The notes below the pieces were generated by a model. The model was not told the DNA's origin. It ran no database searches and worked only from the letters and a program-made list of their open reading frames with translations. This document shows, in pieces, positions 9,529 to 21,023 of a stretch of DNA of 64,000 bases. Made by a program: the position numbers and the translations under genes. Source of the DNA: Gammaproteobacteria bacterium. Lineage in GTDB: Bacteria; Pseudomonadota; Gammaproteobacteria; SZUA-140. The stretch's first letter is position 1; each line of letters begins with the position of its first letter. The stretch lies in contig JAVEZY010000001.1 of NCBI GenBank assembly GCA_034002745.1, positions 79,428-143,427 on the forward strand. Reading direction: 5' to 3'.

Positions 9529-10728
9529 ATGATGTCCCTGCGTTCTGTCGTCATGCTTGCCATGTTCATCGCACTGCTCGTCGAGGCGATGGCGCCGGGG
9601 TCGATCTCCGGAACCGTCTCGGGATCCGTCGCCGAATCACTGGTGCCATCCTCCGCCGTGCTCGAGGCGGTGCTCTGCATCCTCATGTTCGGCGCGGCGG
9701 TTCAGCTGCGTCCGCGAGGCCCGTGGCGAACGGTCGTGTTGAGCGGCAATCTGACGTTGCTGACGACAGTGCTGGCGGTGGCGGTGGTGGCCGCGGGGAT
9801 GCGCTGGGTTTGCGCACGCCTCGGCGTCGAATTGCCCCTGGCCTACGCCTTCGCATTCGCCGCGCTGATCACGCCGACCGAGCCGCTGGCAATGCTGCGC
9901 GCGGCGACATTGGGGGGGTCGATCTCGGCGGGTCGGCGGGTGATGGCGGAACCCCTGCTTGCGGGCATGATCGGACTGGTGATCTATGAAGTAGCGCTGG
10001 CGCGGGCCGACGGCGTCCGCGGCGCGATTTCGGCGCTGGCGCTGGAGCAGGCGGGTGGCGCCCTGTTGCTCGGTGTCTGTCTGGGGCTGGCGATGATGTG
10101 GCTGCTGCGTCTGCGTGCGCATGCGCTGTTCGCCGCGGTCGCGGTGGTGGGCGTGATTCTCGCCTGCTGGTATGCCGGACAGTCGCTGCCATTGAACGGC
10201 CCGTTCGCCGCCGCCTGTGCCGGTCTGCTGATCGCGTTCCAGCGCGATGAGATCTTCGGCGACGCCGCGCAGCGCGAGCGCTTCGAAGCCTGGTCGGCAT
10301 GGCTCGCGAATCTGCTGGCCGCGCTGCTGCCGATCGCGCTCGGCATCGCTCTGTTGAATATGGAAGAGGTCTCGAGCCGTCACATTGCAGCGGCTGCTTT
10401 CCTGTTGCCACTGCTGGTGCTGGTGCCCCGGGCTCTGGCCGCGGCGGCGGTATGGCTGGTCGGCTTGCGAGTGCGGATCCCGGATGAGTTGCCGAAGGTC
10501 GCGGCCTGGTCGGGACTGCGTGGAGGCTTCGCCGCGGCGCTGGTCTTGATGCTCCCGGAAGGCGCGGATGCGGCGATGATCGCCGTCACGACGTTCGCCG
10601 TGCTGGTGTTTTCGCTGCTGCTGCAGTGGCCCGCATTCGGTCTGTATCTGGTTTCGAAGCGCCCATTGGATCCGGCGCGCGGCGAGGAGGGGGGCGAGGA
10701 CGCCAACCGGAAGCAGACGCCGGTGTGA
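9529..10728 (+). CDS. Cation:proton antiporter (Na+/H+ exchanger, NhaP/CPA1-like), polytopic membrane protein
   Basis: About 400 aa with 10-12 predicted TM helices and a WSGLRGG-type motif. The 516-aa track ORF is a 5' extension that overlaps ubiI, so the first ATG after the ubiI stop (MMSLRSV) was chosen. Confidence 0.55.
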   Translation: MMSLRSVVMLAMFIALLVEAMAPGSISGTVSGSVAESLVPSSAVLEAVLCILMFGAAVQLRPRGPWRTVVLSGNLTLLTTVLAVAVVAAGMRWVCARLGVELPLAYAFAFAALITPTEPLAMLRAATLGGSISAGRRVMAEPLLAGMIGLVIYEVALARADGVRGAISALALEQAGGALLLGVCLGLAMMWLLRLRAHALFAAVAVVGVILACWYAGQSLPLNGPFAAACAGLLIAFQRDEIFGDAAQRERFEAWSAWLANLLAALLPIALGIALLNMEEVSSRHIAAAAFLLPLLVLVPRALAAAAVWLVGLRVRIPDELPKVAAWSGLRGGFAAALVLMLPEGADAAMIAVTTFAVLVFSLLLQWPAFGLYLVSKRPLDPARGEEGGEDANRKQTPV

Positions 10729-10786
10729 TGGTGCGGCTCGCTGAGGATTCTGCCGTCTGACGGCTCGCAGGGTCTGAAACCCTGGA

Positions 10787-11461
<675 letters not shown>

Positions 11462-12493
11462 TCAGCAGGCATCTTCCTGCCGCTGTTCGCGCGACAGCAG
11501 CGCCTTCACCGCCTCGAGCGGAGGCTTGCCGCCATGGACGACCGCGTTCACCTCGCGCGAGATGGGCATGTCGACACCCAGGGTTTCGGCGAGGGTGGTG
11601 ACTTCGCGCGCGGTCTGTACGCCCTCGACCACCTGCCCGATCGACGCCAGCGCCGCGTCCACGGTGCTCCCGCTGCCGAGTGCCAGGCCGAACCTGCGGT
11701 TGCGGGACTGATCGTCGGTACAGGTCAGCACCAGGTCTCCGAGACCCGCCAGGCCGGAAAAGGTTTCGCGTCGGCCACCGAGCGCAACGCCCAGGCGGAT
11801 GATTTCAGCGAGGCCGCGCGTTACCAGGGCGGCACGGGTGTTGGCGCCGAATCCCAGCCCGTCCGCGATGCCGGCGGCGATGGCCAGCACGTTCTTCACC
11901 GCGCCGCCGACGCTGACGCCGACGATATCCTCGCTGGTATAGACCCGAAAGCGATCATTGCCGAGACGCGTGGCCAGCGAGGCGGCGAACGGCGCATCGT
12001 CGGCCGCCACCGTCACCGCAGTCGGCAGGCCGCGGGCTACTTCCATGGCGAAGGTGGGGCCGGAGATGACCGCATGCGCCGAGGCGGCTGGAAGTTCCTC
12101 TCTCGCTACCTGGTGAAGGAGTCGTCCGCTGCCGGGGTCGAACCCCTTGGTCGCCCAGGCGAGCCTGACCCGTCCCGGTGCGTGGGCGGCGACGGTGCGC
12201 AGGGTTTCGCGAAAGCCCACGCTCGGCACCGCGATCAACAGATCGCGAGTGGCCGCGAGGGCGCGATCCAGTCGTTCTTCGGGTTCGAGCGCCGGCGGCA
12301 GTTCTATGCCAGGCAGGAAGGCGGCGTTGGCGCGCGTGGCAGCCATGTCCCGCAGATGCGCGGGATCACGCGACCAGAGCAGGGTGCGTATCCCGTTGCC
12401 GGCCAGCAGGACCGCGAGGGCGGTCCCCCAGGAGCCGGCGCCGACAACGAGTACCGGAGTGTCTCGTTTGGAAGCCATCGATTCCAGTGCCAT
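11462..12493 (-). CDS. gpsA: NAD(P)H-dependent glycerol-3-phosphate dehydrogenase
   Basis: VLVVGAGSWGTALAVLLAGNG Rossmann motif and GpsA conserved blocks. In the gpsA-secB synteny. The start may be the second Met (MASKRD). Confidence 0.9.
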   Translation of the reverse strand: MALESMASKRDTPVLVVGAGSWGTALAVLLAGNGIRTLLWSRDPAHLRDMAATRANAAFLPGIELPPALEPEERLDRALAATRDLLIAVPSVGFRETLRTVAAHAPGRVRLAWATKGFDPGSGRLLHQVAREELPAASAHAVISGPTFAMEVARGLPTAVTVAADDAPFAASLATRLGNDRFRVYTSEDIVGVSVGGAVKNVLAIAAGIADGLGFGANTRAALVTRGLAEIIRLGVALGGRRETFSGLAGLGDLVLTCTDDQSRNRRFGLALGSGSTVDAALASIGQVVEGVQTAREVTTLAETLGVDMPISREVNAVVHGGKPPLEAVKALLSREQRQEDAC

Positions 12494-12523
12494 GCCGGGT
12501 TCCGAGCCGGCGATGTCCGCAAA

Positions 12524-13021
12524 TCAGGCGTCGGCGGACTGCCGCTGTTCCGCCTTCTGACTCTGCTGGTGCTGGAGATACAGCGCGTCGAAATTGACCG
12601 GAGCGAGCATCAGGGGCGGGAAACCGCCCTTGGCCACCAGGCTGGCGACCGTTTCGCGCAGGAACGGATACAGAACGCCCGGGCAATAGATGCCGAGCAG
12701 CTGGCGCAGTTCCTCGCCTTCGAAGCCCGAGGTCTGGAATTCGCCTGCCTGCTGCACTTCCACCAGATAAGCGACGCGCTCGCCGAGCTTTGCCGTGATG
12801 GTGATGGTGACCGTCACCTCGTAGAACTCGCCCCCCATCGCGCGCGCCTGATTCTGCAGGCTCATGTTCACGTCGGGGGTCCACTTCTCCTCGTTGAAGA
12901 TCTGCGGCGCGTTCGGGCTTTCAAACGAGATATCGCGGGTGTAGAGGCGGCGGATGGCGAAGGACTTCTGATTGCCGGCCGCCTGGCCGTTGTCGGTGCT
13001 GGTATTTTCTTCTGCGGCCAT
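12524..13021 (-). CDS. secB: Protein-export chaperone SecB
   Basis: Internal start MAAEENTSTDNGQ... (ATG 13019-13021); FAIRRLYTRDISFESPNAP... is classic SecB. Confidence 0.9.
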   Translation of the reverse strand: MAAEENTSTDNGQAAGNQKSFAIRRLYTRDISFESPNAPQIFNEEKWTPDVNMSLQNQARAMGGEFYEVTVTITITAKLGERVAYLVEVQQAGEFQTSGFEGEELRQLLGIYCPGVLYPFLRETVASLVAKGGFPPLMLAPVNFDALYLQHQQSQKAEQRQSADA

Positions 13022-13103
13022 GCCGATCTTCCTCTTGGTGAAAGGGCGGGGCGACACGCCGCCCACGACAACACGTTACGATAGCACGGAGTACCCCTGC
13101 GCA

Positions 13104-13544
13104 CTATGTACCTTTGGTTGCTCCGCGTTCCAGCGGCAGTCCGGCGCTCCGCCAGGCCATGAGGCCGCCGCTCAGCTTGTGGACCGACTCGAACCCGGCG
13201 CTGCGCAGGCGGGCGCAGGCATGCGCCGCCTGTCGTCCGCTTTCGCAGCACACCAGAAGCTTGCGTTCGCGGTGGCGCTGCAGTTCATCCATGCGGCCAT
13301 CCAGCAGCGCAAACGGGATGTTGATGGATCCGACGACATGACCCTTGGCGAATTCCTCGTCGCTGCGTATGTCGAGGGCCAGCGCGTTTTCATGGTTGAT
13401 CAGTTCCACCGCCTGGGACGGACCAACTTCCCTGAAACCGAGCAACCGGCCCTTGCCGAGATTCACGAACAGCAGGCCAACGATTACAATGAGCGCCAGG
13501 AACAGATACCAGTTGTCGAGGATGAAGGTTCCGAAGTTTTCCAT
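13104..13544 (-). CDS. Membrane-anchored rhodanese-domain protein (YibN-like)
   Basis: N-terminal TM helix plus a rhodanese fold with active-site CESGRQ. It occupies the yibN position (secB side, divergent from gpmI). grxC is absent. Confidence 0.8.
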   Translation of the reverse strand: MENFGTFILDNWYLFLALIVIVGLLFVNLGKGRLLGFREVGPSQAVELINHENALALDIRSDEEFAKGHVVGSINIPFALLDGRMDELQRHRERKLLVCCESGRQAAHACARLRSAGFESVHKLSGGLMAWRSAGLPLERGATKGT

Positions 13545-13671
13545 GGTGTGGTTTCTGCGCTGCGCCGGATGGCGGTGAAAAACGCATAAGCTTATTCGAT
13601 ATCCCGGCTTCGTACCACCGGCCCGCGCAGACGGCCGGTGTACAAGGCCTTAAACTTCGTCTAGATTCAAT

Positions 13672-15228
13672 ATGGTGGACAACAATAATCGACCGCGACC
13701 GCTGGCCCTGATCATCCTGGATGGCTGGGGATACAGCGAAGATCCGAGCGCCAATGCCATTCTCGCCGCGCGCAAGCCGAATTGGGATCGCATCTGGAAG
13801 GATTATCCCCGCACCCTCATTCAGGGTTCCGGCAACTATGTCGGATTGCCCGCGGACCAGATGGGCAACTCGGAAGTCGGGCACCTCAACATGGGTGCCG
13901 GCAGGGTGGTCTATCAGGAGATCACCCGTATCGACCGGGCGATAGAGCGCGGTGATTTCGATGCGAATCCGGTACTGAACGAGGCGCTGGAGCGGGTCGC
14001 CGCATCCGGTCGCTCGGTGCACGTGCTCGGGCTGCTGTCGGAGGGGGGGGTTCACAGCCACCAGGAGCATATTCACGCCATGCTCCGCCTCGCCGCGCGG
14101 CGGGTAGATCCGCGGCGCGTTCATCTGCATGCCTTTCTCGATGGTCGTGATACGCCCCCTCGCAGCGCGAGCGCGAACATCGTCGCCGCCACGAAGCTCG
14201 CAAACGAACTGGGGGGCGGTCACCTGGCCTCCCTGGTCGGACGCTATTTCGCCATGGATCGCGACAACCGCTGGGAAAGGACTCGTCTTGCCTACGAACT
14301 GCTGGCCGAGGGTCGGGCGGAGCACGTCGCCTCCGATCCATTGCAGGCGCTCGAGCAGGCGTATGCGCGGGGCGAAAGCGACGAGTTCGTCAGGCCGATC
14401 GCCATCGCCCGCGACGGGGTGCCGGTGCGCATCGGCGAAGGCGATCTGGTGGTGTTCATGAACTTCCGCGCCGACCGGGCCCGCCAGATCACGCGCGCCT
14501 TCGTCGATGAGTCCTTCGCAGGCTTCGAGCGTACGGCGCCGCGACTGCAGGGATTCGTCACCCTTACCGAGTACAGCAAGGAATTCTCCGGTCCGGTCGC
14601 GTTTCCTCAGGGGCGCATAGATAAAGTGCTGGGCGAGTGGCTGGAGGAGCTCGGCATGACCCAGCTGCGCATTGCCGAGACCGAGAAGTACGCCCATGTC
14701 ACCTTCTTCTTCGACGGCGGAGCGGATCGGGTATTCGAAGGCGAGGAGCGCATCCTGGTGCCATCGCCCCGGGTGGCGACCTACGATCTGCAGCCCGAGA
14801 TGAATGCACCCGAGGTTACCGATCGCCTCGTCGAGGCGATCGCCGCCGAGCGCTTCGATGTGATCGTGTGCAACTTCGCCAATGCCGACATGGTCGGGCA
14901 TACCGGAAATTTCGAGGCGGCGGTGCGGGCGATCGAGACGCTGGACGCCTGTGTCGGGCGTATCTACGAGGCGCTGCGCAAGGTCGGCGGCGAGATGATC
15001 GTCACCGCCGACCATGGCAATGCCGAGCGCATGGCGGACGAAGCCACCGGGCAGAGCCATACCGCCCATACCTCCAACCCGGTTCCGTTCGTATATGTTG
15101 GCCGTCCGGCACGCATCCTGCGTCAGGGAGCGCTGTCGGATATCGCTCCTACGATGCTGTATCTCATGGGTGTCGATAAGCCGGCGGAAATGGACGGCCA
15201 GCCGCTGGTGGAGCTCGTCGACGATTGA
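13672..15228 (+). CDS. gpmI: 2,3-bisphosphoglycerate-independent phosphoglycerate mutase
   Basis: 518 aa; [25 protein letters not shown] and MVGHTG motifs of iPGM. Confidence 0.95.
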   Translation: MVDNNNRPRPLALIILDGWGYSEDPSANAILAARKPNWDRIWKDYPRTLIQGSGNYVGLPADQMGNSEVGHLNMGAGRVVYQEITRIDRAIERGDFDANPVLNEALERVAASGRSVHVLGLLSEGGVHSHQEHIHAMLRLAARRVDPRRVHLHAFLDGRDTPPRSASANIVAATKLANELGGGHLASLVGRYFAMDRDNRWERTRLAYELLAEGRAEHVASDPLQALEQAYARGESDEFVRPIAIARDGVPVRIGEGDLVVFMNFRADRARQITRAFVDESFAGFERTAPRLQGFVTLTEYSKEFSGPVAFPQGRIDKVLGEWLEELGMTQLRIAETEKYAHVTFFFDGGADRVFEGEERILVPSPRVATYDLQPEMNAPEVTDRLVEAIAAERFDVIVCNFANADMVGHTGNFEAAVRAIETLDACVGRIYEALRKVGGEMIVTADHGNAERMADEATGQSHTAHTSNPVPFVYVGRPARILRQGALSDIAPTMLYLMGVDKPAEMDGQPLVELVDD

Positions 15229-15259
15229 AAAGCGGGCGACCGCGCGTCAGTGGAAGAGC

Positions 15260-16492
15260 ATGAGCTCACGTCGTCCATTTCCGTTGCCGCCGCTCCCGCG
15301 CTCAGGGAGCAGATGTCTGTGCCACCTGCTCCTCGGTGTCCTGTTCGGATCGTCATTGGCGTGGCTGCCAGCGCAGGCCGCCGACGAGGCGCGGGAACGT
15401 CAGCGTCTCGAGGATCTGCGCCGCGAGATCGGGAAGCTGAGCGATACGCTGTCGGGCGATCGTGATCGGCAGGCGAAGTTGCGCGAAGAGCTGCGCAAGA
15501 GCGAGACGGAGATCGGCAGACTCAGCCGGACGGTGCGCGAACTGGAGGAGCGGCGGCGCGTCGGGGCGGCGGAGCTGGCGCGACTCGAGGAAGAGCGCAA
15601 GCGCGCCGACGCCGAGCTTGCCGGCCAGCGCCAGGCGCTCGAGCGGCAGCTCGTGGCCGCTTACGCCATGGGGCACGAGAGTCACCTGAAGATCATCTTC
15701 AATCAGCAGGATCCCTCCCGCCTGGGGCGGACACTCCAGTATTACGAGTATTTCAACCAGGCCCGCATCGAGCGCATGGAGTCCTTCCGTGTCGCGGCGG
15801 AGGGCATCGCCGCCTTGCGCGCGGGAATCCTCGAGGAGCAGGAGAAGCTCGAAGCGCTGCGCGCGGAGCGCGCGCAGCAGCTGGCCGCCCTGGGCGAGCA
15901 GCGCGAGACGAGACAGCGGACGCTCGCCCGGCTGGAGCACGATATCACCTCGCGCGAGCGGCGACTCGAGGCACTGCGCGAGGATGAGCGTTCGCTTACC
16001 GCGCTGGTCGATCGCTTGCGGGAGACGATCCGCGACCTGCCGCCCGGTTTCGATCTTCCCGGAAATGCCTCGTTCGCCAGTCTCAAAGGCAAGCTGCCGT
16101 GGCCGGTGCAGGGAAAGATCGCGGCGCGCTTCGGTACCAGCCGTGAAGTGGAGCGCATGAACTGGCGCGGCACGCTCATCGATGCCGAGGAGGGCGCCGA
16201 GGTGCGTTCGATCCACAGCGGGCGCGTGGTGTTCGCAGACTGGATGCGTGGCTTCGGCCTGCTCGTCATCGTTGATCACGGGGGCGGCTACATGAGCCTT
16301 TACGGCCACAACCAGAGCCTGTACAAGGCCGTGGGTGACAGGGTGCGCGCCGGCGAAGTGATCGCCACGGTCGGCAGCAGCGGTGGCCAGGCCAGGTCCG
16401 GCCTTTATTTCGAAATCCGCCACAAGGGCGTCCCCGACAATCCGGCGGTCTGGTGCCGCGCCGCGCCAAACTCCGGATCCTCCAAAGGTTGA
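15260..16492 (+). CDS. envC: Murein hydrolase activator EnvC-like (coiled-coil plus M23 peptidase domain)
   Basis: Internal start MSSRRPFPLPPL... after the gpmI stop. It has a signal-like N-terminus, a long coiled coil, and a C-terminal LytM/M23 domain (GxxIDAEEGAEVRSIHSGRVVFADWMRGFGLLVIVDHGGGYMSLYGHN). In the gpmI-envC synteny. Confidence 0.8.
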   Translation: MSSRRPFPLPPLPRSGSRCLCHLLLGVLFGSSLAWLPAQAADEARERQRLEDLRREIGKLSDTLSGDRDRQAKLREELRKSETEIGRLSRTVRELEERRRVGAAELARLEEERKRADAELAGQRQALERQLVAAYAMGHESHLKIIFNQQDPSRLGRTLQYYEYFNQARIERMESFRVAAEGIAALRAGILEEQEKLEALRAERAQQLAALGEQRETRQRTLARLEHDITSRERRLEALREDERSLTALVDRLRETIRDLPPGFDLPGNASFASLKGKLPWPVQGKIAARFGTSREVERMNWRGTLIDAEEGAEVRSIHSGRVVFADWMRGFGLLVIVDHGGGYMSLYGHNQSLYKAVGDRVRAGEVIATVGSSGGQARSGLYFEIRHKGVPDNPAVWCRAAPNSGSSKG

Positions 16493-16585
16493 AGGGGTTT
16501 CTGATAAACTGACGCAAATCCCGGTCCGGAACTTCCATCCTGATCCAATTGCGGGCGTGGCCGATACACGCCCAGAGGCATAGAA

Positions 16586-17911
16586 ATGAAACCTACGAGA
16601 AAGAGTATTCTGGTGTTGATGCTGGGCCTGGTCCTGGGCGTGTCGCTCAGCATCGGCCAGGGCGTCTTCGCCGAGCGGGAGACCGTCCGTACGCCGCTGC
16701 CGCTGGAGGAGTTGCGCACGTTCACCGACGTCTTCGCCAGCATCAAGAACAACTACGTCGAATCGGTCGACGACAAGGATCTGATCGATAACGCCATCCG
16801 AGGCATGCTGTCCGGTCTGGATCCGCATTCCTCGTTCCTTGATACCGATGCGTATTCCGAATTACAGGTCGGCACCACCGGTGAATTCGGTGGCCTCGGC
16901 ATCGAGGTTGGCATGGAAGACGGCTTCGTCAAGGTCATCGCGCCGATCGACGATACGCCGGCCCAGCGGGCGGGCGTGGAGGCGGGCGATCTCATCGTGC
17001 GACTCGACGATACGCCGGTGAAGGGGCTGACTCTCAAGGAAGCCGTGGACATCATGCGCGGCAAGCCGGGCACCGACATCACGCTCACCATCGTGCGCGA
17101 AGGCTTGAGCGCGCCGCTCAAGACCACCATCACCCGCGCGGTGATCAAGGTGAAGAGCGTGCGCAGCGAGCTGCTCGAGAAAGGTTTCGGTTACCTGCGC
17201 ATCACCCAGTTCCAGTCCGGTACCGGCGACAATCTGCTGCAGGCCATCGCCGGCCTGCGCGAGCAGAATGGCGGAGCGTTGCAGGGCGTGGTGCTCGATC
17301 TGCGCAACAACCCCGGCGGCGTGCTCAACGCCGCAGTCGATGTTTCCGACGCCTTCCTCAAGAAGGGTCTGATCGTCTACACCGAGGGTCGCACCGACGG
17401 TTCCAGGATCGAGTTCAGCGCTACGCCGGGCGATGTGCTCGACGGCGCACCCATGGTGGTGCTGGTCAACGTGGGTTCGGCCTCGGCGAGCGAGATCGTC
17501 GCCGGTGCGCTGCAGGACCACAAGCGTGCCATCATCATGGGCAATCGCAGCTTCGGCAAGGGTTCGGTGCAGACCATCCTGCCGATGAACAATGGCACCG
17601 CGCTCAAGCTGACTACCGCGCGCTACTATACGCCGTCCGGCCGCTCGATCCAGGCCGAAGGCATTACGCCGGACATCGCACTGGAGAACATGCGTCTGGC
17701 GGCGGCCGAGGACAGCGGCATCAGCGCCGTCAAGGAGAGTGATCTGTCCCGCCATCTCGGCAATGGGCGCGCGGAAGAAGACGCCAAGCCGCAGACTACG
17801 GAAAGCACGTCCGACAGGCCGAAGACCGCAAAAAGTGCGGCCGATGACTATCAGCTCTATGAGGCTTTGAATCTCCTCAAGGGGCTGTACATCATGCAGC
17901 AGCGTTCCTGA
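16586..17911 (+). CDS. ctpA: Carboxy-terminal processing protease (S41 family, PDZ-containing)
   Basis: Signal peptide, PDZ domain, and S41 catalytic blocks (GGLGIEV, LDLRNNPGG, GSASASEIVAGALQDHKRA, FGKGSVQ). Confidence 0.9.
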   Translation: MKPTRKSILVLMLGLVLGVSLSIGQGVFAERETVRTPLPLEELRTFTDVFASIKNNYVESVDDKDLIDNAIRGMLSGLDPHSSFLDTDAYSELQVGTTGEFGGLGIEVGMEDGFVKVIAPIDDTPAQRAGVEAGDLIVRLDDTPVKGLTLKEAVDIMRGKPGTDITLTIVREGLSAPLKTTITRAVIKVKSVRSELLEKGFGYLRITQFQSGTGDNLLQAIAGLREQNGGALQGVVLDLRNNPGGVLNAAVDVSDAFLKKGLIVYTEGRTDGSRIEFSATPGDVLDGAPMVVLVNVGSASASEIVAGALQDHKRAIIMGNRSFGKGSVQTILPMNNGTALKLTTARYYTPSGRSIQAEGITPDIALENMRLAAAEDSGISAVKESDLSRHLGNGRAEEDAKPQTTESTSDRPKTAKSAADDYQLYEALNLLKGLYIMQQRS

Positions 17912-17914
17912 TCC

Positions 17915-18763
17915 GTGCAGGCGGGCGTGCAGCCGCTCCCCGCCGGGTGCCCGGGCGGATGCACGGCTTCGTCCTTCCTTCGGCGGGCGGCGCTGGTGAT
18001 CCTCGCCGCCCTCCTGTTGCACGTCCCCCTGTCGAATGGCGATGAGCACCCGCTCATCGCCATCATCGTTGATGATCTCGGTCACCGCCCCGCCCTCGAT
18101 CGGCGGGTGATAGATCTTCCCGGCGACATCACCTGCGCCTTCCTTCCCGGTGCGCCCCACGCCTCCCGGCTCGCCGGACTGGCGGACGCGTTTGGCAAGG
18201 AAGTGATGCTGCACATGCCCATGGAGGCGCTGGCCGGCGCGGCGAACGGCGACGAGGCCCTCAACCTGGACATGAGCCGCGAAGCCTTCATCGAGATGCT
18301 GCGGGCAGGCTTGAAGACCCTGCCGCAGGCGCGCGGCGTGAACAATCATATGGGCAGCCTTCTCACCCAGTCGCCGCTGCGGATGCAGTGGCTGATGGAA
18401 GAGCTGCGCGAACGCCGCGGTCTCTACTTCGTGGACAGCTATACCAGCGTGCGCAGCGTCGCCTGGCAGGTCGCCGCGGCCAACCGTCTGCCAAACGCGC
18501 GGCGCGATGTGTTCCTGGATGCGAGCCGTGATCCGGAGGCGATCGCCTTCCAGTTCCGCCGCCTGCTGCGCCTGGCCCGGGAGCGTGGCCATGCGGTCGC
18601 CATCGCCCACCCCTATCCGGAAACGGTAGAATTTCTCGAGCGGCGACTGCCTGAATTGGATGCGGAAGGCGTCACGCTCGTACCCGTGTCGCGTCTGATC
18701 CGCAGCCGTGACACGCGGGAAGCAGGGGCCGTGATCGCCGGCGAGACAGGGATGAAATTCTGA
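17915..18763 (+). CDS. yibQ: Divergent polysaccharide deacetylase family protein YibQ
   Basis: The YibQ-like sequence (IAIIVDDLG...NNHMGS) follows envC/ctpA, as in E. coli and Pseudomonas. Confidence 0.8.
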   Translation: MQAGVQPLPAGCPGGCTASSFLRRAALVILAALLLHVPLSNGDEHPLIAIIVDDLGHRPALDRRVIDLPGDITCAFLPGAPHASRLAGLADAFGKEVMLHMPMEALAGAANGDEALNLDMSREAFIEMLRAGLKTLPQARGVNNHMGSLLTQSPLRMQWLMEELRERRGLYFVDSYTSVRSVAWQVAAANRLPNARRDVFLDASRDPEAIAFQFRRLLRLARERGHAVAIAHPYPETVEFLERRLPELDAEGVTLVPVSRLIRSRDTREAGAVIAGETGMKF

Positions 18764-18806
18764 GCCGGTTCACGGACCAGCCGATCAGGCACAGAGGAGG
18801 CGCGCA

Positions 18807-19421
18807 ATGGCGAGGATACTGGTACCGCTAGCCCAGGGCTGCGAGGAATTGGAGGCCGTGACGGTGATCGATCTGCTGCGCCGCGCCGGCCAGGATGTGG
18901 ATTCGGCCGGGCTCGAGGAAGGAACGGTGACGGCAAGCCGCGGTACGCGGCTGCTCCCGGACATCACGCTCGACGAGGCGCTCGAGCGCGACTACGACAT
19001 GGTCGTGCTGCCCGGCGGCCAGCCGGGCGCCGACAACCTCGCGGAGGATCCGCGTATCCGCACGCTGCTCGACCGGGTCATCGACCAGGGCGGGCACGCG
19101 GCTGCGATCTGCGCTGCGCCGCTGGTGCTGGCAAGGGCTGGTCTGCTGCGCGGTCGTCGCGTCACCGCCTTCCCCGGCGTACTGGAGAACGAGTCCGTTG
19201 CCGGTATCGAATACACCGGCGAGGATGTGGTCGTCGATGGCCCGATAGTGACCTCGCGCGGACCCGGCACGGCGATGGATTTTGCGCTCGCGCTGATCGA
19301 GCGGCTGGCCGGATCGGGGCTGCGCAAGCAGGTGGAGGATGGTCTGCAGCGGCCACCCGCTCACTGCTCAGCGCACGAAGCGGCCGCGTACAAGGGCGAA
19401 CGAGCCGACTATCAGGGCTAG
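18807..19421 (+). CDS. DJ-1/PfpI family protein (YajL/ThiJ-like)
   Basis: [28 protein letters not shown]... with the nucleophile elbow AICAAP. Its 3' end overlaps the convergent ubiB by 54 nt. Confidence 0.8.
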   Translation: MARILVPLAQGCEELEAVTVIDLLRRAGQDVDSAGLEEGTVTASRGTRLLPDITLDEALERDYDMVVLPGGQPGADNLAEDPRIRTLLDRVIDQGGHAAAICAAPLVLARAGLLRGRRVTAFPGVLENESVAGIEYTGEDVVVDGPIVTSRGPGTAMDFALALIERLAGSGLRKQVEDGLQRPPAHCSAHEAAAYKGERADYQG

Positions 19422-21023
19422 CCAGGCGAGCGGCGGCGCACCGGCGACCCGCGCGGCCTCGGCGGGGGCGCTGGTCCAGAGCAGGGCGCTGCAAATCAGC
19501 AGCGCCCCGCCGGCAATCGCCCAGATCGTGCCGCGATGGTTGCGGCGCAGGCTCTCCTCGACTTCGACGAGTTGCTGCGAATGCCACTCCAGTCGCAGAC
19601 GTTCCTCGCGCACCATCTTCAGCGTGTCATAAACCAGATCCGGCAGTTCGGGCAGTTGCATCGCCCAGCGCGGCGCGCGTTCGCGCAGCGAACCGATGAT
19701 GCCCTGCAGGCCGCGATGTTCCTGCATCCAGCGCTCGAGGAAAGGCTTTGCCGTCTTCCACAGGTCGAGATCGGGGTAGAGCTGGCGGCCCAGACCTTCG
19801 ATATTGAGCAGTGTCTTCTGCAGCAGGACCAGCTGCGGCTGCACGTGCGCATCGAAGCGCCGCGCAGTCTGGAACAGATTGAGCAACAGGCGGCCGAAGG
19901 AGATGTCCTTGAGGGGGCGCTCGAAGATCGGTTCGCACACCGCGCGGATCGCCGATTCGAATTCATCGACGCGGGTATGCTTCGGCACCCATTCCGACTG
20001 CACGTGCAGTTCGGCGACGCGGCGGTAGTCGCGATTGAAGAAGGCGAGGAAGTTCTCGGCGAGATAGCGCTGGTCTTCCGTGCTCAGCGTGCCCATGATG
20101 CCGAAGTCCACGGCGATGTACTGACCCTCGGGGCTGACGAAGATGTTGCCCGGGTGCATGTCCGCGTGGAAGAAGTTGTGCCGGAACACCTGGGTGAAGA
20201 AGATCTCCACGCCGCGTTCGGACAGTCGGCGAAAGTCTATTCCCTGGGCGCGCAGGGCATCGATGTCGCCGATCGGTGTGCCGTGGATGCGTTCCATCAC
20301 CATCACGTTCTGCCGGGTCCAGGGCCAGTGGACTTCCGGCACATAGAGTATCGGCGAGTCGAGGAAATTGCGGCGCAGCTGCGATGCATTCGACGCCTCG
20401 CGGACGAGATCGAGTTCGTCCATGATCGTCTTTTCGTACTCCGCCACCACTTCCCGCGGCCGCAGGCGCGGACCTTCCGACCAGTAGCGCTCCACATAGC
20501 CGGCGATGATTTTCATCAGCTCGACGTCGCGCCGGATCAGGCGGGAGATGCCGGGGCGCACCACCTTGACGATGACTTCGCTGCCGTCGAGCAGGGTGGC
20601 GGCGTGAACCTGGGCGATCGACGCGGAAGCGAAGGGTTCGGTGTCGAAGGTGCGGAAAATCTCGTTCAGCGGTTTTCCGTACGCATCCTCCACGATGGTC
20701 CGCGCCACGCTGCCCGGAAAGGGCGGCACATTGTCCTGCAGCTGCGCCAGTTCTTCGGCGATGTCGTCCGGAAGCAGGTCGCGGCGGGTCGACAGGATCT
20801 GGCCGAACTTGACGAAGATCGGGCCGAGATCCTCCAGCGTACGCCGGATGCGCGGCGCGCGGGGTTCACGCTGGCGCCGGAACCAGTTCCAGGGCAGCAG
20901 ATGAACCACGAAGCGCACCGGCCTGAACAACGGCAGATCCAGAATGATCTCGTCCAGACCGTGGCGAATCAGGACCAGATTGATGTGCAACAGGCGCAGG
21001 ATCTGGCCCGGTCTTCCGATCAT
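19368..21023 (-). CDS. ubiB: Ubiquinone biosynthesis regulatory protein kinase UbiB (ABC1/ADCK family)
   Basis: 551 aa, colinear with E. coli UbiB ([35 protein letters not shown]-terminal TM helices). Confidence 0.9.
   Translation of the reverse strand: MIGRPGQILRLLHINLVLIRHGLDEIILDLPLFRPVRFVVHLLPWNWFRRQREPRAPRIRRTLEDLGPIFVKFGQILSTRRDLLPDDIAEELAQLQDNVPPFPGSVARTIVEDAYGKPLNEIFRTFDTEPFASASIAQVHAATLLDGSEVIVKVVRPGISRLIRRDVELMKIIAGYVERYWSEGPRLRPREVVAEYEKTIMDELDLVREASNASQLRRNFLDSPILYVPEVHWPWTRQNVMVMERIHGTPIGDIDALRAQGIDFRRLSERGVEIFFTQVFRHNFFHADMHPGNIFVSPEGQYIAVDFGIMGTLSTEDQRYLAENFLAFFNRDYRRVAELHVQSEWVPKHTRVDEFESAIRAVCEPIFERPLKDISFGRLLLNLFQTARRFDAHVQPQLVLLQKTLLNIEGLGRQLYPDLDLWKTAKPFLERWMQEHRGLQGIIGSLRERAPRWAMQLPELPDLVYDTLKMVREERLRLEWHSQQLVEVEESLRRNHRGTIWAIAGGALLICSALLWTSAPAEAARVAGAPPLAWLALIVGSFALVRGRFVR

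Noticed and set aside
13390-15069. 559-aa minus-strand ORF
   Set aside because: It is antisense to gpmI and its product is low-complexity. gpmI on the + strand is unambiguous.
15353-18610. Two long minus-strand ORFs (491 aa and 582 aa)
   Set aside because: They are antisense to envC, ctpA and yibQ, and their translations are R/A/G-rich with no domains.
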